Source: Klebsormidium nitens
Lineage: Eukaryota; Plantae; Klebsormidiophyceae
Direction of reading: 5' to 3'
NCBI GenBank assembly: GCA_000708835.1
Contig: DF237197.1
Location: 60,496-124,495 of the forward strand
DNA length: 64,000 nucleotides
Positions 13,794-24,527 of the stretch are shown piece after piece (position 1 is the first letter of the stretch; the number at the start of each line of letters is the position of its first letter). The position numbers and the translations under genes are program-made. A model generated the notes under the pieces. It worked only from the letters and a program-made list of their open reading frames with translations. It had not been told where the DNA came from and searched no databases.

Positions 13794-16031
13794 ATGGCTA
13801 AGTACTTGAAGATATACAAAATGAATTGGCAGCAGATCCTACGCAATGTGGGCGGCTTGGTTAAGCAAGGCGGCCCGCTGTATCCAGAACCGGTGTGGTA
13901 CGAGCCGGCACTTTCGTGAGACGACCATCCTCACCCGTTTTCTCTTTTGCAAATGCTCCTTTTGTGGCCCAGCGTGCCACACTTTGGATTTAGAAGAAGT
14001 CCCTGGCAGCCCTTTTGCTGGTCCTGTGTCAGCACTTTTCAGGTGCAGGCAGCGTAGTTACTTTCTCGAAAAGTGGTAGGTTGCAGAAACTTTGATGCAC
14101 TCCTGGATTGTGAGAAAAGGCAACGTGGGCTTATATGTGGACTTCCTGAAGTGTTAAGCTAGGACTTCTTTTGCAAGCTTTTCAAGGCCTTTCTTACCTA
14201 CCGGTAATCTCTGAAGGCACTCACTCTCCATATAAGATTGTCCAAAGCTTTCTGTTAGACTGATTAGACAACCCTCGAGGATTCTGGTGGTGTTCACTTG
14301 ACCACCACTCTGAACCACCTGTCACATCAGCAGATCGTGTCGATCAATGTGTTAAACCCAAAGAGTCCGGAAGGTTGTCCTTTTGACCATGCTAAGAGAG
14401 GTCAGCTAACCCTCTTCTTCCTTTCTGCAGTAGAAGATCTTGGTCAGGCGTCAACTGGTTTTGGTTGCTGTCAACATATTTCTGTCACTGACTTCTCTCT
14501 CTCCTCTCTCCTTTGTGCAGAGTGGCTCCTCGCCCGGAACAGAACAAGTTCAAAAAACCTCCACGGCCGCCCCAGATTGTTCTTCCGGAGGATGAGCATG
14601 TCAAGGCGTTCTACAAAATGTTTCCAGAGGAGCAGAATTACACTACGCATTACAGTTATGGGTAGGTAAATACAAACTTATCTTCCGGGAAGAGCACACC
14701 GTGCTTTCCATACAGTACTTCTTCGGCGTGGCAAGCAGCATTTGCTTCTTGATTTCGGTCAGCTTTTGAGAAGATCTTACCTGGGGGCTTCCGGAACATA
14801 GAAACAACGGACAGAAATCCGCATCAATCTTGTTTCCAAATCATGGATAAATCCAAACCTTTGACGATCCAATGAGTTGTCTTTGAGCCCCTCACATGGT
14901 TCAAGAATTTTGATAGAGATTCTACAGTGAGGCTGGGTTGAGAATGACCCGTTACTTCTCACATCAAATCTCAGGAACTCAATAACTTCCTTAACGAAAG
15001 CAATGTCACAGGTATCGCTTTTCAGCGCCTTTTTCACCACAGAGCCTTGCCTCTTTCTGCATACGTAGTCATACTAGGCGCGTCATTTGTGCAGAATCTG
15101 TCACACTGCTTGCTTGTCCACAGAGGTCTCGTCGTTACGTTCCATTCAGGTGGCTGGAGCTCTGGAAACTGACTTCCACTTTCCATTCTGCAGCCCTGGC
15201 GCCACCCTCGCAACCATACCCCCCGCCAGGATATTTGCTCACCGGGTTCTCGACTTATTGAGAAACGATTACGATTTGCCGACCGCTTATGAGATAGCAG
15301 TGGTAAGTGGTCCCTCGCTAGTGCTTCCGCCATGTGGCCTTATTTCGAGTTTGCTAAGGCCACACTTTTCTTCCACGACAGAAGAAGAGCAAGCGCTGAA
15401 GCGGTCTTTGCCAACCGGTCCTTGTTGAGGATGAGATATATTTGGATTCATGAGGATGATTTTTCCAAGTCTTCTAAGCAATTGGGGACTTGCACCCAAC
15501 AAGACTTTATGTCCAGTCCACTTTCTTATGGAAGCCTTTGGAAACGGTCAGAAGACGACAAACGAAAGCAGCACGGGAGAGCCTGGCACTGCATCAATTT
15601 GCAATCTCATCTTTTACACTAATCACGTGGCTAATAAAGTACTTGGAATTCTCTGGTGCTCTTCATGGAGTGACGACGCCTTTGCCGGCACTTTGCAGGA
15701 CGAACACGAAGTACGACAAGAGTTTGGGAGCGACGCAGCCTTCCGGGAGGCTCTGGAGCGGATGAAGTACGGGGGCTCGGAAGACACGGAAGAGGTCAAT
15801 GCATCTGGTTATGAAGACGAAGAAGATGAAACAGAGTATACGGAAGGAGACGAAGCAGAGGTTTTGGAATCTCAAAGAGAGTACCCAAATGACGAGGGCG
15901 ACTATCCGGACGAGGAGGTGGAGTATCCGGACAAAGAATTTGAGTATCCGGACAACGAAGGAGACCATACAGAGGGGAACCAGGTAGCACAGAATGGGGC
16001 TCGGACTTTGACAACGGATTCGAGACAATAG
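13794..16031 (+). CDS. MRPS23: Mitochondrial small-subunit ribosomal protein mS23 with acidic C-terminal extension
   Basis: Exons 13794-13915, 14521-14661, 15194-15302 and 15699-16031 join in phase. The product contains PEPVWYE, PPQIVLPEDEHVKAFYKMFP and PARIFAHRVLDLL..AYEIAVDEH, matching recalled plant mS23 blocks (EPVWL..; KIVLPEDPYVRKF; ARVYGCRVLEL). Confidence 0.75.
15879..15983 (+). repeat. Coding 21-bp (7-aa) tandem repeat, [ED]YPD[EKN]xx
   Basis: Units EYPNDEG / DYPDEEV / EYPDKEF / EYPDNEG / DHTEGNQ lie at an exact 21-nt period. Confidence 0.85.
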
Positions 16032-17308
16032 CCTTTCTACAGATTTGTCAAAACGACCCCTGTTGACAGCACCGGTCCATGCTCTTACTCGTGACCTGGG
16101 GGCAAGGCGGCAATATGTTTTGGAGTCGTTTGAATTCATTGGGTACTGGTAATTCTCAATCATCAATCACGACTTATGGGGTTCGCTCTTAGTAGATCTA
16201 GTTGGTCAGAACGTATGCGAGGCCTGGGCAGCGCCGGGATCCTTCTCGAGTCTAACACAACCCTGCATGCTGCCATGCACGTATGTGATCGACACCGGAT
16301 TGTCGAGCGCAAGGATGACCATATGGCTGCAGATATATTGCTTGTGTCGGAAACTGACTCATGTATGAGCATGCTGGCACGATTTTCATGTGACGGTACA
16401 TACATGCATTTAGCTATTCGCGCGTGTTGAAGCTATTTGGCGAAATTCTTTATCACCGATCCTGCACGACTTCGTTGTCAGCTTCAGAATCGTTTAAGTG
16501 TGATCGATGCTATCCGACATGCTCAAGCTCGCTCCATGACATGCAGAATTGGACAGTCGTGTCTTGAGTGTCAATGGCTGACTGTCTCGCTGACTGATTG
16601 CAGGGAATCTGAACGCAGTTCTAGCTATTCAAAGCGCATGTAGGCAAATAAGTGAGGCTGAATGACATATGCATGTCTCGACCACGTTTTCAACCCATGT
16701 GATGGCGGCTCCATGGTAGCAGCAAAGTATGAAGTCTGCGCACTGCGTATACTCATGAATGCTTCAAAACAAGAGCGTCCGAAAGTGCACAAAGCAGCAG
16801 CAGTCGGATGCGTCCCGGCCGTTGCTAATCCATTGCGATCCAAGGGTGGTATGCTTTGTAAAACTCTCAGCTCCCCTTCTAAGCTCCTAAGGTGGGCATG
16901 ACGACTTGCAATAGGTAACTATGCTCTAAGTCGCAAGCTGCAATATGGATAGGAGCTAGCACTATTTGAGTTGGCCGGAAGTAGTTCAAGCAGTTGGCTT
17001 TCAGTTCGGACTCCATAGAAGCAGTCCAGCCCGATAGGAATAACAATCACACGTTTTGGATCCGCCTCCCACGTAAGCTTTCCACGACCAGTCCCGCCTA
17101 CCTCCAAGAAACTGCAACTAAGATAACCCCAGTCTGCAAACAGCTTTTGCAATCTGGCAGGTCTACGCTGCGCTGCGTGATGCCTACACAAGTGGCATGA
17201 GTTCACCTTCCTGGATATGAAGCAAAAGGTCAAAACCTTCACAAATCAACGAACTCTATTCCCTTAAAACCTCATTTTCATTAGGGGGCTCATCCTCAAC
17301 CAAGCAGA

Positions 17309-18340
17309 TCAGCTCTCCATGGCCTTGCTGTCCGGAAGGTCAGCTGGAGGGGGTTCCGTCACTACCGGGGCACTCGTCTCGGCAGGCTTCTCCTCCGGGG
17401 CTGTGAAAAAGGAGTAGGATTCAGCGGACTATGCAAGTAATTTCAAACAGAAAAGCTTCATCGAAGCTCGGCTAAGGATGTGCCAAGGGCGAAGAACAGC
17501 GCCGCTGCTCTTACTCTGTAATCTGGAAAGGACCTCACAGTGTCGTACAAAATGCTCCATGCTTTACTGTAAAAGTTGACCTCAAGCACGACCTATTGCT
17601 TGGGACCTTGTCAGGTCATGGCGAGTGCAACAAACTTCAGTTCGATTCAAATAAGATACCTTCCTTTCCACAGGGAAGTCAGTACGGGCTGCTTACCAGT
17701 CTCCTTCTTGCTGAAGTAAGTGTCCAGGTCGTCGTCCAACATTTTCTTGGCACTGTTGGCATCTCCCAGTCGCCACTGTAATACGAGGTGCCAGTCAGCA
17801 CCCAAAACGTTTTGTTGCCACAATGGAGGTCAACTGCTTTGTGACGGCAGAAAATACCATCATATGGAAAACGAAGCGAGTGACTGACCGGAAAGTTGGA
17901 CAATTATTGCAAGCCACCTGTGTTCGGGAGTGTGTTAGAAGACACTATGTCGAGAAGTGCCTTTCAAACGCTTCAGCTGGTTGCTCACTTCACTTCGTGT
18001 CGAACCGCCATGTTCCAAAAAACATGCAGACCACAGAGATGCAATAGATGCAACAAAGAGAGGCTTCTAAATAGAGGCTTCTTGATAGAGCTTTGCAATT
18101 AAGCAAAAGATCCCCGACCTTGTCTAAGTCTGCATCAAGGGACTCCTTTGTTACTGTCTGCCCCTTCTTGCCCCCACGCCCTCTGCCTCTCTTACCACCC
18201 CCTCGATCAGACTTTTTCCCTTGGCCCCCCTTCCAACTCTGCTTCTGCACGCCCCCCTTGGCTGCATTCCTACCAGACCGTCCATCACCAATTGCCGCTG
18301 CTTTGCCTCCCCCCCGGCCGCCTCGCCCTCGCCCCACCAT
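17309..18340 (-). CDS. Small RGG-rich protein with FoP/CHTOP C-terminal duplication (mRNA export-associated)
   Basis: Exons 18340-18119, 17775-17697 and 17400-17309 join in phase. The product has a GRGRGG-rich N-terminus followed by TKESLDADLDKW...KMLDDDLDTYF (duplicated LDxxLDxY motif). No RRM is present. Confidence 0.8.
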
Positions 18341-18818
18341 TGCAGCGTGGCGAGCTTGAGACACCACCACCAAGGACGTGTAGACACTGTACTGTGTACA
18401 ACAAACGAACCCTCGTCCTGAACGCGCTCTAGATAGATATCCTTTGCCTCGCTTGCTTGCCACTTCTTCTCTTCTGCAGATGTAGTATCACTTTTTTGCT
18501 CAAAAGTTGCGCGAGCAATTTTGTCGTCGCTCGCACTCACGTCCAGCTAACAAATGACGCTAGAGATGTTTTGCGCGCGCAAGTTTGCTCGCGCATTTCC
18601 GGGCAATTCGCTGATAATGGTGAGATGTGGTTTTCAGTAATTCAGCTACGCCATTCAATTTGTGCCAGTTGGTGGTGCTTGGCTCAAAGTGGAGCTTTAA
18701 ACATGTAGACCTGGTCGTTGCTTCAGGAATCGTGGACAGTGGTGGCCCCTTTGAAAGCTAGCGTGGCCCTGTAAGTCGCCAGCTTTTCAGGTGCGCCGCG
18801 CCGAAGCACTTGAACAGA

Positions 18819-21800
18819 ATGGCATCCAGTGGGTGCATTGCGCAGATGGCGCAGCGGCTGAAGAGCCATTCCTTGGCTGGCTGTCGACCCTTGGATTTAA
18901 ACGCCACGCAATCATTCAACTCATTAGGGCACAGCATTCCTTTCCTGCCAAGACTACCTGCAAATGGCACCCTTTTGAGCAACAGCGATTCTCTTTCAGT
19001 CTGCAAATACCCGTTGGTCACGTCACAGAGTGCACCTGAAATAGGCTCCCGAGTGGTGGCAAGGGCTGGTCTACACACCTGCAGTAATCAGTTGCGGCTG
19101 AGCACAACTCCTCTTCGTACAGACCCCAGCAGAAAGGGCCAAGGTTCTCTTTTGAACGGAAGGAAGCGGCGGAGCGTGCTGGTCAATGCAAACGGAGGCG
19201 ACTTTGAATTTGACGACGGTGATGATGACGGCGATGGGGGTGGTGCCCTGGATGGAGAGGGGCTTGACGACATCGAGTTTGAGTTTGACGCTCCCGAGGG
19301 GGACCACGACCAGGACGACGGGGATGCTTACGCGGACGACGAGGAGGCGGTCAACCTGGAAGACGAGGTCAAAAATGCTGTCCTTGTCTTACACTGCTTC
19401 TTTCTGAGTTCTATCTTCCACCTGCTGCTTCTAATGCCAGTATTTGCGAGCAGTTTCGTAGTTTTGTAGTCTCAACCTTTCTCAAAGTCTTCCTTCCAGC
19501 CATTTCTTGGTCATCGATCCAGGACCACGGTTCCTCTGTTAATTGGTCACTACTCATCACTCATACTGTCCCGGCTCCGTGACTTTGTGGTGCTTTAGCC
19601 TTTAGGTATCTGCTGTGAAGCAGATTCTAAGCTGTTGTGTCGGTCAATTATCTGCGGCTGGCTTTGAGTCGTGGTAAAGCGACCGTACGAGTGTGCTACT
19701 GCTGTAGTCTGAGTGGTGGTAGTCATGCTGGAGTACCGTTGAGCAAACGAAGCAAGCTATGATTGAGAGGCTTTGCCTCATTCCTTAAAAAACATAATTG
19801 GGTAATGTGTTATAGGGTGTCCGTACTAAAGTGGAGAGGCTATCTACTGGAGATTTGAGCCGGGAAATGTAGCCACATCTGTAAGCCAAAAGCTTAGGAA
19901 GGGCGCCGACCTGACAGAAGCCGCGGAAGGAGAACGTGGACCAAATTTTAGGTTTTTTGGAACCCCCCCTGCTCAGTACCCTGAACTGCGCAAACTGTGT
20001 TGCTGCCCCCGGCACCGGCCAAGAAGTCGTAAGATGATCGGGCAGCTTTCTGGGTAAAGCGCTTTTGACCCACAATAAATGTACACCACAAGCTGTATGA
20101 CCGGGACGGAATCAATTTGAAACACCGGGTGTGAGGATCCGGCCCGGTCCGCGCGGGCTCAAAAAGGGTACTAAAGCCTGGGCAGATCCCAAAAGTGCGA
20201 ATTTGGTCCACGGTCTCCTTCCACGCATTCTGAGATGTTCCCAATATATACACAGGGCAGCCCAGGCTGGCGTGACCACGCTTTGAGAACTTGACGTCAA
20301 CCTTCTCTCGGGCCTCTGGCTATCTGTCAAATCACATTCCTTGTACAAACCTGACAGCCTAACTTGGATTAGTGAACCAATTGCAGGACTTCGAGATTGA
20401 CGATTACGAGACGCTTGATCCTGAGACGATCGATGTCGAGGACCTAGACGAGATGATCTCAGCGGAAGGCCTGGGGGATACGTCCAAAGTCCGGCGCGTG
20501 CCGTACAAGATCGACGAAGATTATTACCACAAGCTGCGCTGCCAGAAGCCGCCGTTCGATTTCTACATCCGGAAGAACGAGCAGGGATTCCTCAACTTGA
20601 GCCAGGTGCGAAAATCGCCATTTCTTTCTTGGAAAGCGTTGTTAGAGTGACTGAGCAAGCGGATCTTTTGGTGCCTCTGAGTTTGAATACAGTGCTGTCA
20701 GGAGCGGGGATGTTTTGCTCTGCTTTGCCTGCGAATATTTTGTCCATAAGTAGGCACCTAAAACCGAAAGGCCATCGTCTCTTATGGAGCTCTTCGGATA
20801 TTCTCAAACTAATCTGCTTGAGGAGACTTAAGAAAGACCTGGTTACGTGTTCAAAGTTGCTCTGCAATCGCTGCCAATGACTTGCATCCTTTCATTGCAG
20901 ATCTACGGAGGGGATCCGTACTCGGAACGTTACGTCATCCCGAGTATGAGTGGTGACATGCCGAATGAGGTGAGCCACGAGACCTGGCAAAATCGCTTCC
21001 GACGAACTTCGAGAGTGACGGGAGGGTTCGCTTCAAGTTAGGGCACGCCATATTTTCCTAGGCCGTTACCTTACCTTTCACAGAACTCGTGATTGGTAAT
21101 TCAGGTGTGCATTACCTTTCACAGAACTCGTGATTGGTAATTCAGGTGTGCAAAAGCTGACCGATCAGTCCATCAACTCGACTTGTGCGTGGATACTTCA
21201 TGTTCCAGTGGACCTGCGCACTTGTTTCTTATGGATGCCGGTCAACTGGTCGGCTTAGCCCCTCCTGGGCGCAATTCCACAGATTAAAAGAGTATACACC
21301 TGCCAATCGAGAGCTGTAAAGTTTGCTGACACTCTGCCTTGGACTCCCATTGAAGTTCTGTGCAGACTCGAATCCACTTCGTTTGGAAAACATTCACTCA
21401 ACGGGATCCAGATTTAGAAAAGCCTTTCCACTTCATTTCATCGATATCAGGTGTTGAGCCACGCACTGTCAAAAGACAAACCCTGATCCTACTTACTTTA
21501 CTTTCATCACAATTCACTCCACGAACTCCAGAGCATCAAGTGCTTCAAATTATCTTCCCGCAGTTCCATCGCTACCAGTCGCTGAGCTGGCACACGATCG
21601 TCGGGCGGGACCACGACTCCGAGAAAGCGGACCGCTTCCCGGCCACCACCAACAAAACGATGCGGTGGTACCTCTGCCGGTGCTTCGAAGACCGGGACCT
21701 TATGTTGGACCCCAAAGCGTGCCTGATGACTGAGCACGTGTGGATGTTCGACGCAAAGGCGCGCCACGTCGAGAAAGTCGACGTCAAGGTGAGGCTATGC

Positions 21801-23624
21801 TCTCGAACGCGTGTGTCTTGTCAAGCTTTGGGACCTCGATTTCGTATAAGGAATTTTGAGGGGATCGAGGGTCCTGATCTGCGCAATCTTTATGCAACTT
21901 TCGAGCTGGATGTTGCGGGAGGGACATTCACCGAGGCGGTGGGGTGTGTCGAGTGAGCAGGAAACAGCATCTTCAGCGCACACAAAGCGAGAGCGGTTGT
22001 AGTATCTGCTTTGAAGGCTCCCAGGATCGTAGAATGACTCGGTGCTTGGGTTGTCAGTTGTTTCGGATCACGCAAACAGAATTGTCGGGTTGGAGTGACG
22101 GTAGTCAGTCGACCGTAGCTTGCTGCCAGACTGGTTTGAGCGATACGGCATTAAGTTCAGCCCTGAACTGGTTTGGCAGTGAGCGTCCTCTTCCGCGAGC
22201 GGTTTCTGGTTGTTATACTCTCCCCTTTTCAACCATCTGCTTGCTTCCATCGTATGCTGTTACGGTACCACAAGAAGCAGAACGTCCGACCTGCTCGATG
22301 AGGAAAACAAGTCATCGAATGCGTGCGCGTCCCGAGGTGCAAAGTCAGAGGCCCGCACCCAGACTTGCGGAGGTCCGAAGCTGTGTTCTGAAGCTGCTTC
22401 TTTCTGTTCGGTAGATGGAGGTCACGATGGGGCCGGACCGGGACCGGAAGAACGAGGTGCTTGTGATCAAGCCCCAAGGCGTCATTGCTAGAAACCAGGT
22501 AAGGGTCGCCGTCCAGCTTTCCAAGCGCTTCGCCTTGCTTGGTTAGAGTAACTGCGAGTTGTTGATAACAAAAGTGTGTTCCAAGGGACATGCTGAATCG
22601 TCAGACTCTGGTTCCTCGTTTGAATCTTTTTGGTTGAATGGGCTTGCGGGAAGTGGGTTCAAGCTTCTTGACCTGATCTGCAACATTCTCGCAGAAGAGC
22701 ACTGCCCTTCTCGGCCAACAAAGTAGGGCTGGGTGCTTATTCAAGGCTCACACTTGCGGGTTTCTGTCGCAGGAGGATATGGAGGACCCCGGTCACATCA
22801 TAGAGCGGGAGGCGCGGCACAACCAGCTGCTGAAAATCGAGGGCTACCTCCAAGTCTTCCGAGACTACAATTGGTGCGTGCCCTCCCATCATGTTTTGAG
22901 TTCAATCGGATTGATCTGATTGCGGGGCTGCTTAGGATCCTTGAAAATTTTAATCTGATTCTGTAGTTTGTGGTTCGCTTTATTGTGAGATAGTCATAAA
23001 CCGCCATACGTCGTTTAGTCGAGCAACCAATGCGTACGCTCAGAAATTGAGTAGAATACCAAACCCTTGAGGTTGACTGAATGGTGCTTCTCCGATATTG
23101 TTTGTTTGACCGGGAAGTCGCGGGCTCTGGCAATGAGCATCTGCGTACATTTTCGTTTTAGTTCCTTCCAATGCAGCCGCCAATCGGCCAGCCAAACTTG
23201 AAGCGACCTATTGAGCGTGCTCTGAGCAAAGTACTGTTATCTCTCTATGCTCTGAAATCAAAAGTTTCCTGTGGTCCTGCTTGACGTGTACAATCGTAGA
23301 CGAAGTACGGCTTCGCTGAGGTGCAGGAAGGACCCGCTAATACGCCGCAAATCGGTTCTGAGGTGCAATTTCCGGTCAGCGCGGTTGTGTCCTCATTCCG
23401 CTGCCTTTCCGTGCAGGGAGGGCCTCCGTCCTCGGTGGGAGGAGAACCTGCGGGATCCCTCCAAGGTGTATGTCACCCCGGAGCTCATTCAGGCGCTGAT
23501 AGACGAAGGACGCTTGACAGACACTCCGCAGCTCTGGGAAAACTTGAAACTAGAGCGGCCTAAGGAGAAGGTGGCCGCTGAAGGGAAAGTGCAATTGCCC
23601 ACTCAGCGGTTCAAGAGGAAGTAG
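18819..23624 (+). CDS. PTAC6: Plastid transcriptionally active chromosome protein 6 / PEP-associated protein 8 homolog
   Basis: Seven phase-consistent exons: 18819-19367, 20387-20605, 20901-20969, 21564-21788, 22415-22498, 22773-22873, 23417-23624 (~484 aa). A Ser/Arg-rich transit peptide and acidic tract precede YKIDEDYYHKL..FDFYIRK, YVIPSMSGDMP, WYLCRCFEDRDLMLDP..EHVWMFDAK, RDRKNEVLVIK and EDPGHIIERE..YLQVFRDY, colinear with recalled Arabidopsis PAP8 blocks. Confidence 0.85.
21071..21152. repeat. Perfect 41-bp tandem duplication in a PTAC6 intron
   Basis: ttacctttcacagaactcgtgattggtaattcaggtgtgca occurs twice. Confidence 0.95.
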
Positions 23625-24527
23625 TTTGTGCCAGTTCCTTGAAGTAGATAAGCTTACCTTTGGCGGCGATAATTGCTGTCCAAAACGAGGGCTTTCTGGG
23701 AGACGGTACTTCTTGTCCCGAGGTCCGGACGAGTAGGAAGAGCTTCAAGCCGGAAGGAGTGGCTCAAATTAGAGCGGTCATGGACGGGGTATTCCAGGAT
23801 GAGTCACAGCAAAGCTGCCATGCTCGATTTAAGCATCTTCTACCTCTGGCCCCGGTCGCCGTGGACTTCGATCCCCCCCTGGTGTACAGATCAATCAGGC
23901 ATCAGACCGTCGGCGGGCTGACATGATCTCGACCATGTAGCAATCACGCACGCTGCCGGCGCTGTCATGTGCATGCTGCAGGCGTGCTCCCGCGGTGATT
24001 GCATGCATGTCGAACTCGAACCAGCGAGCCTGAGTTTTGGGTACACGTATGGACAGGCATGCCATGCATGCAGCGCGCATTACGTCATGCGCTAGCCTAG
24101 ATAGGTGACATGGCCTAGTATCTTTGATTTAAGGGACTCGGAGTAAGACGGATTCACGTGACCGTCCCATGCTGATCGTAAAACGCAGTTGCTGGGTTGT
24201 ACTATAAAGCGTCACCATGGCTGCATGGCCGCCCTGAACCGCATGCGAAGACCAGTTTCGGTCGCCCTTCAGCTCCGTGCCTTAACATGAAACAACCGTT
24301 GCAAAAGATCGAAGATCGTGAAAGGTACGACATCTTTTACTCGATGAAGGTTGACGCACGGACCAGAGACAAGGCAAACTTGCGAGCAAAAGCATGCGCC
24401 AAACGTCCTCAAGCACGTTGGAGTCTGAAAGTACGTGAATCGAGCAGACTCGATTTTTTCGCGGTTTCATTCGAGAACAACTCGACTGCCTCTTTGGAGT
24501 TTCTTACTCGCTCTCTAGAAACTTTAC

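Noticed and set aside
17990-18463. ALY/REF export factor or GAR1/fibrillarin fragment
   Set aside because: No RRM or methyltransferase exon was found; the spliced product closes after the duplicated LDxxLD motif.
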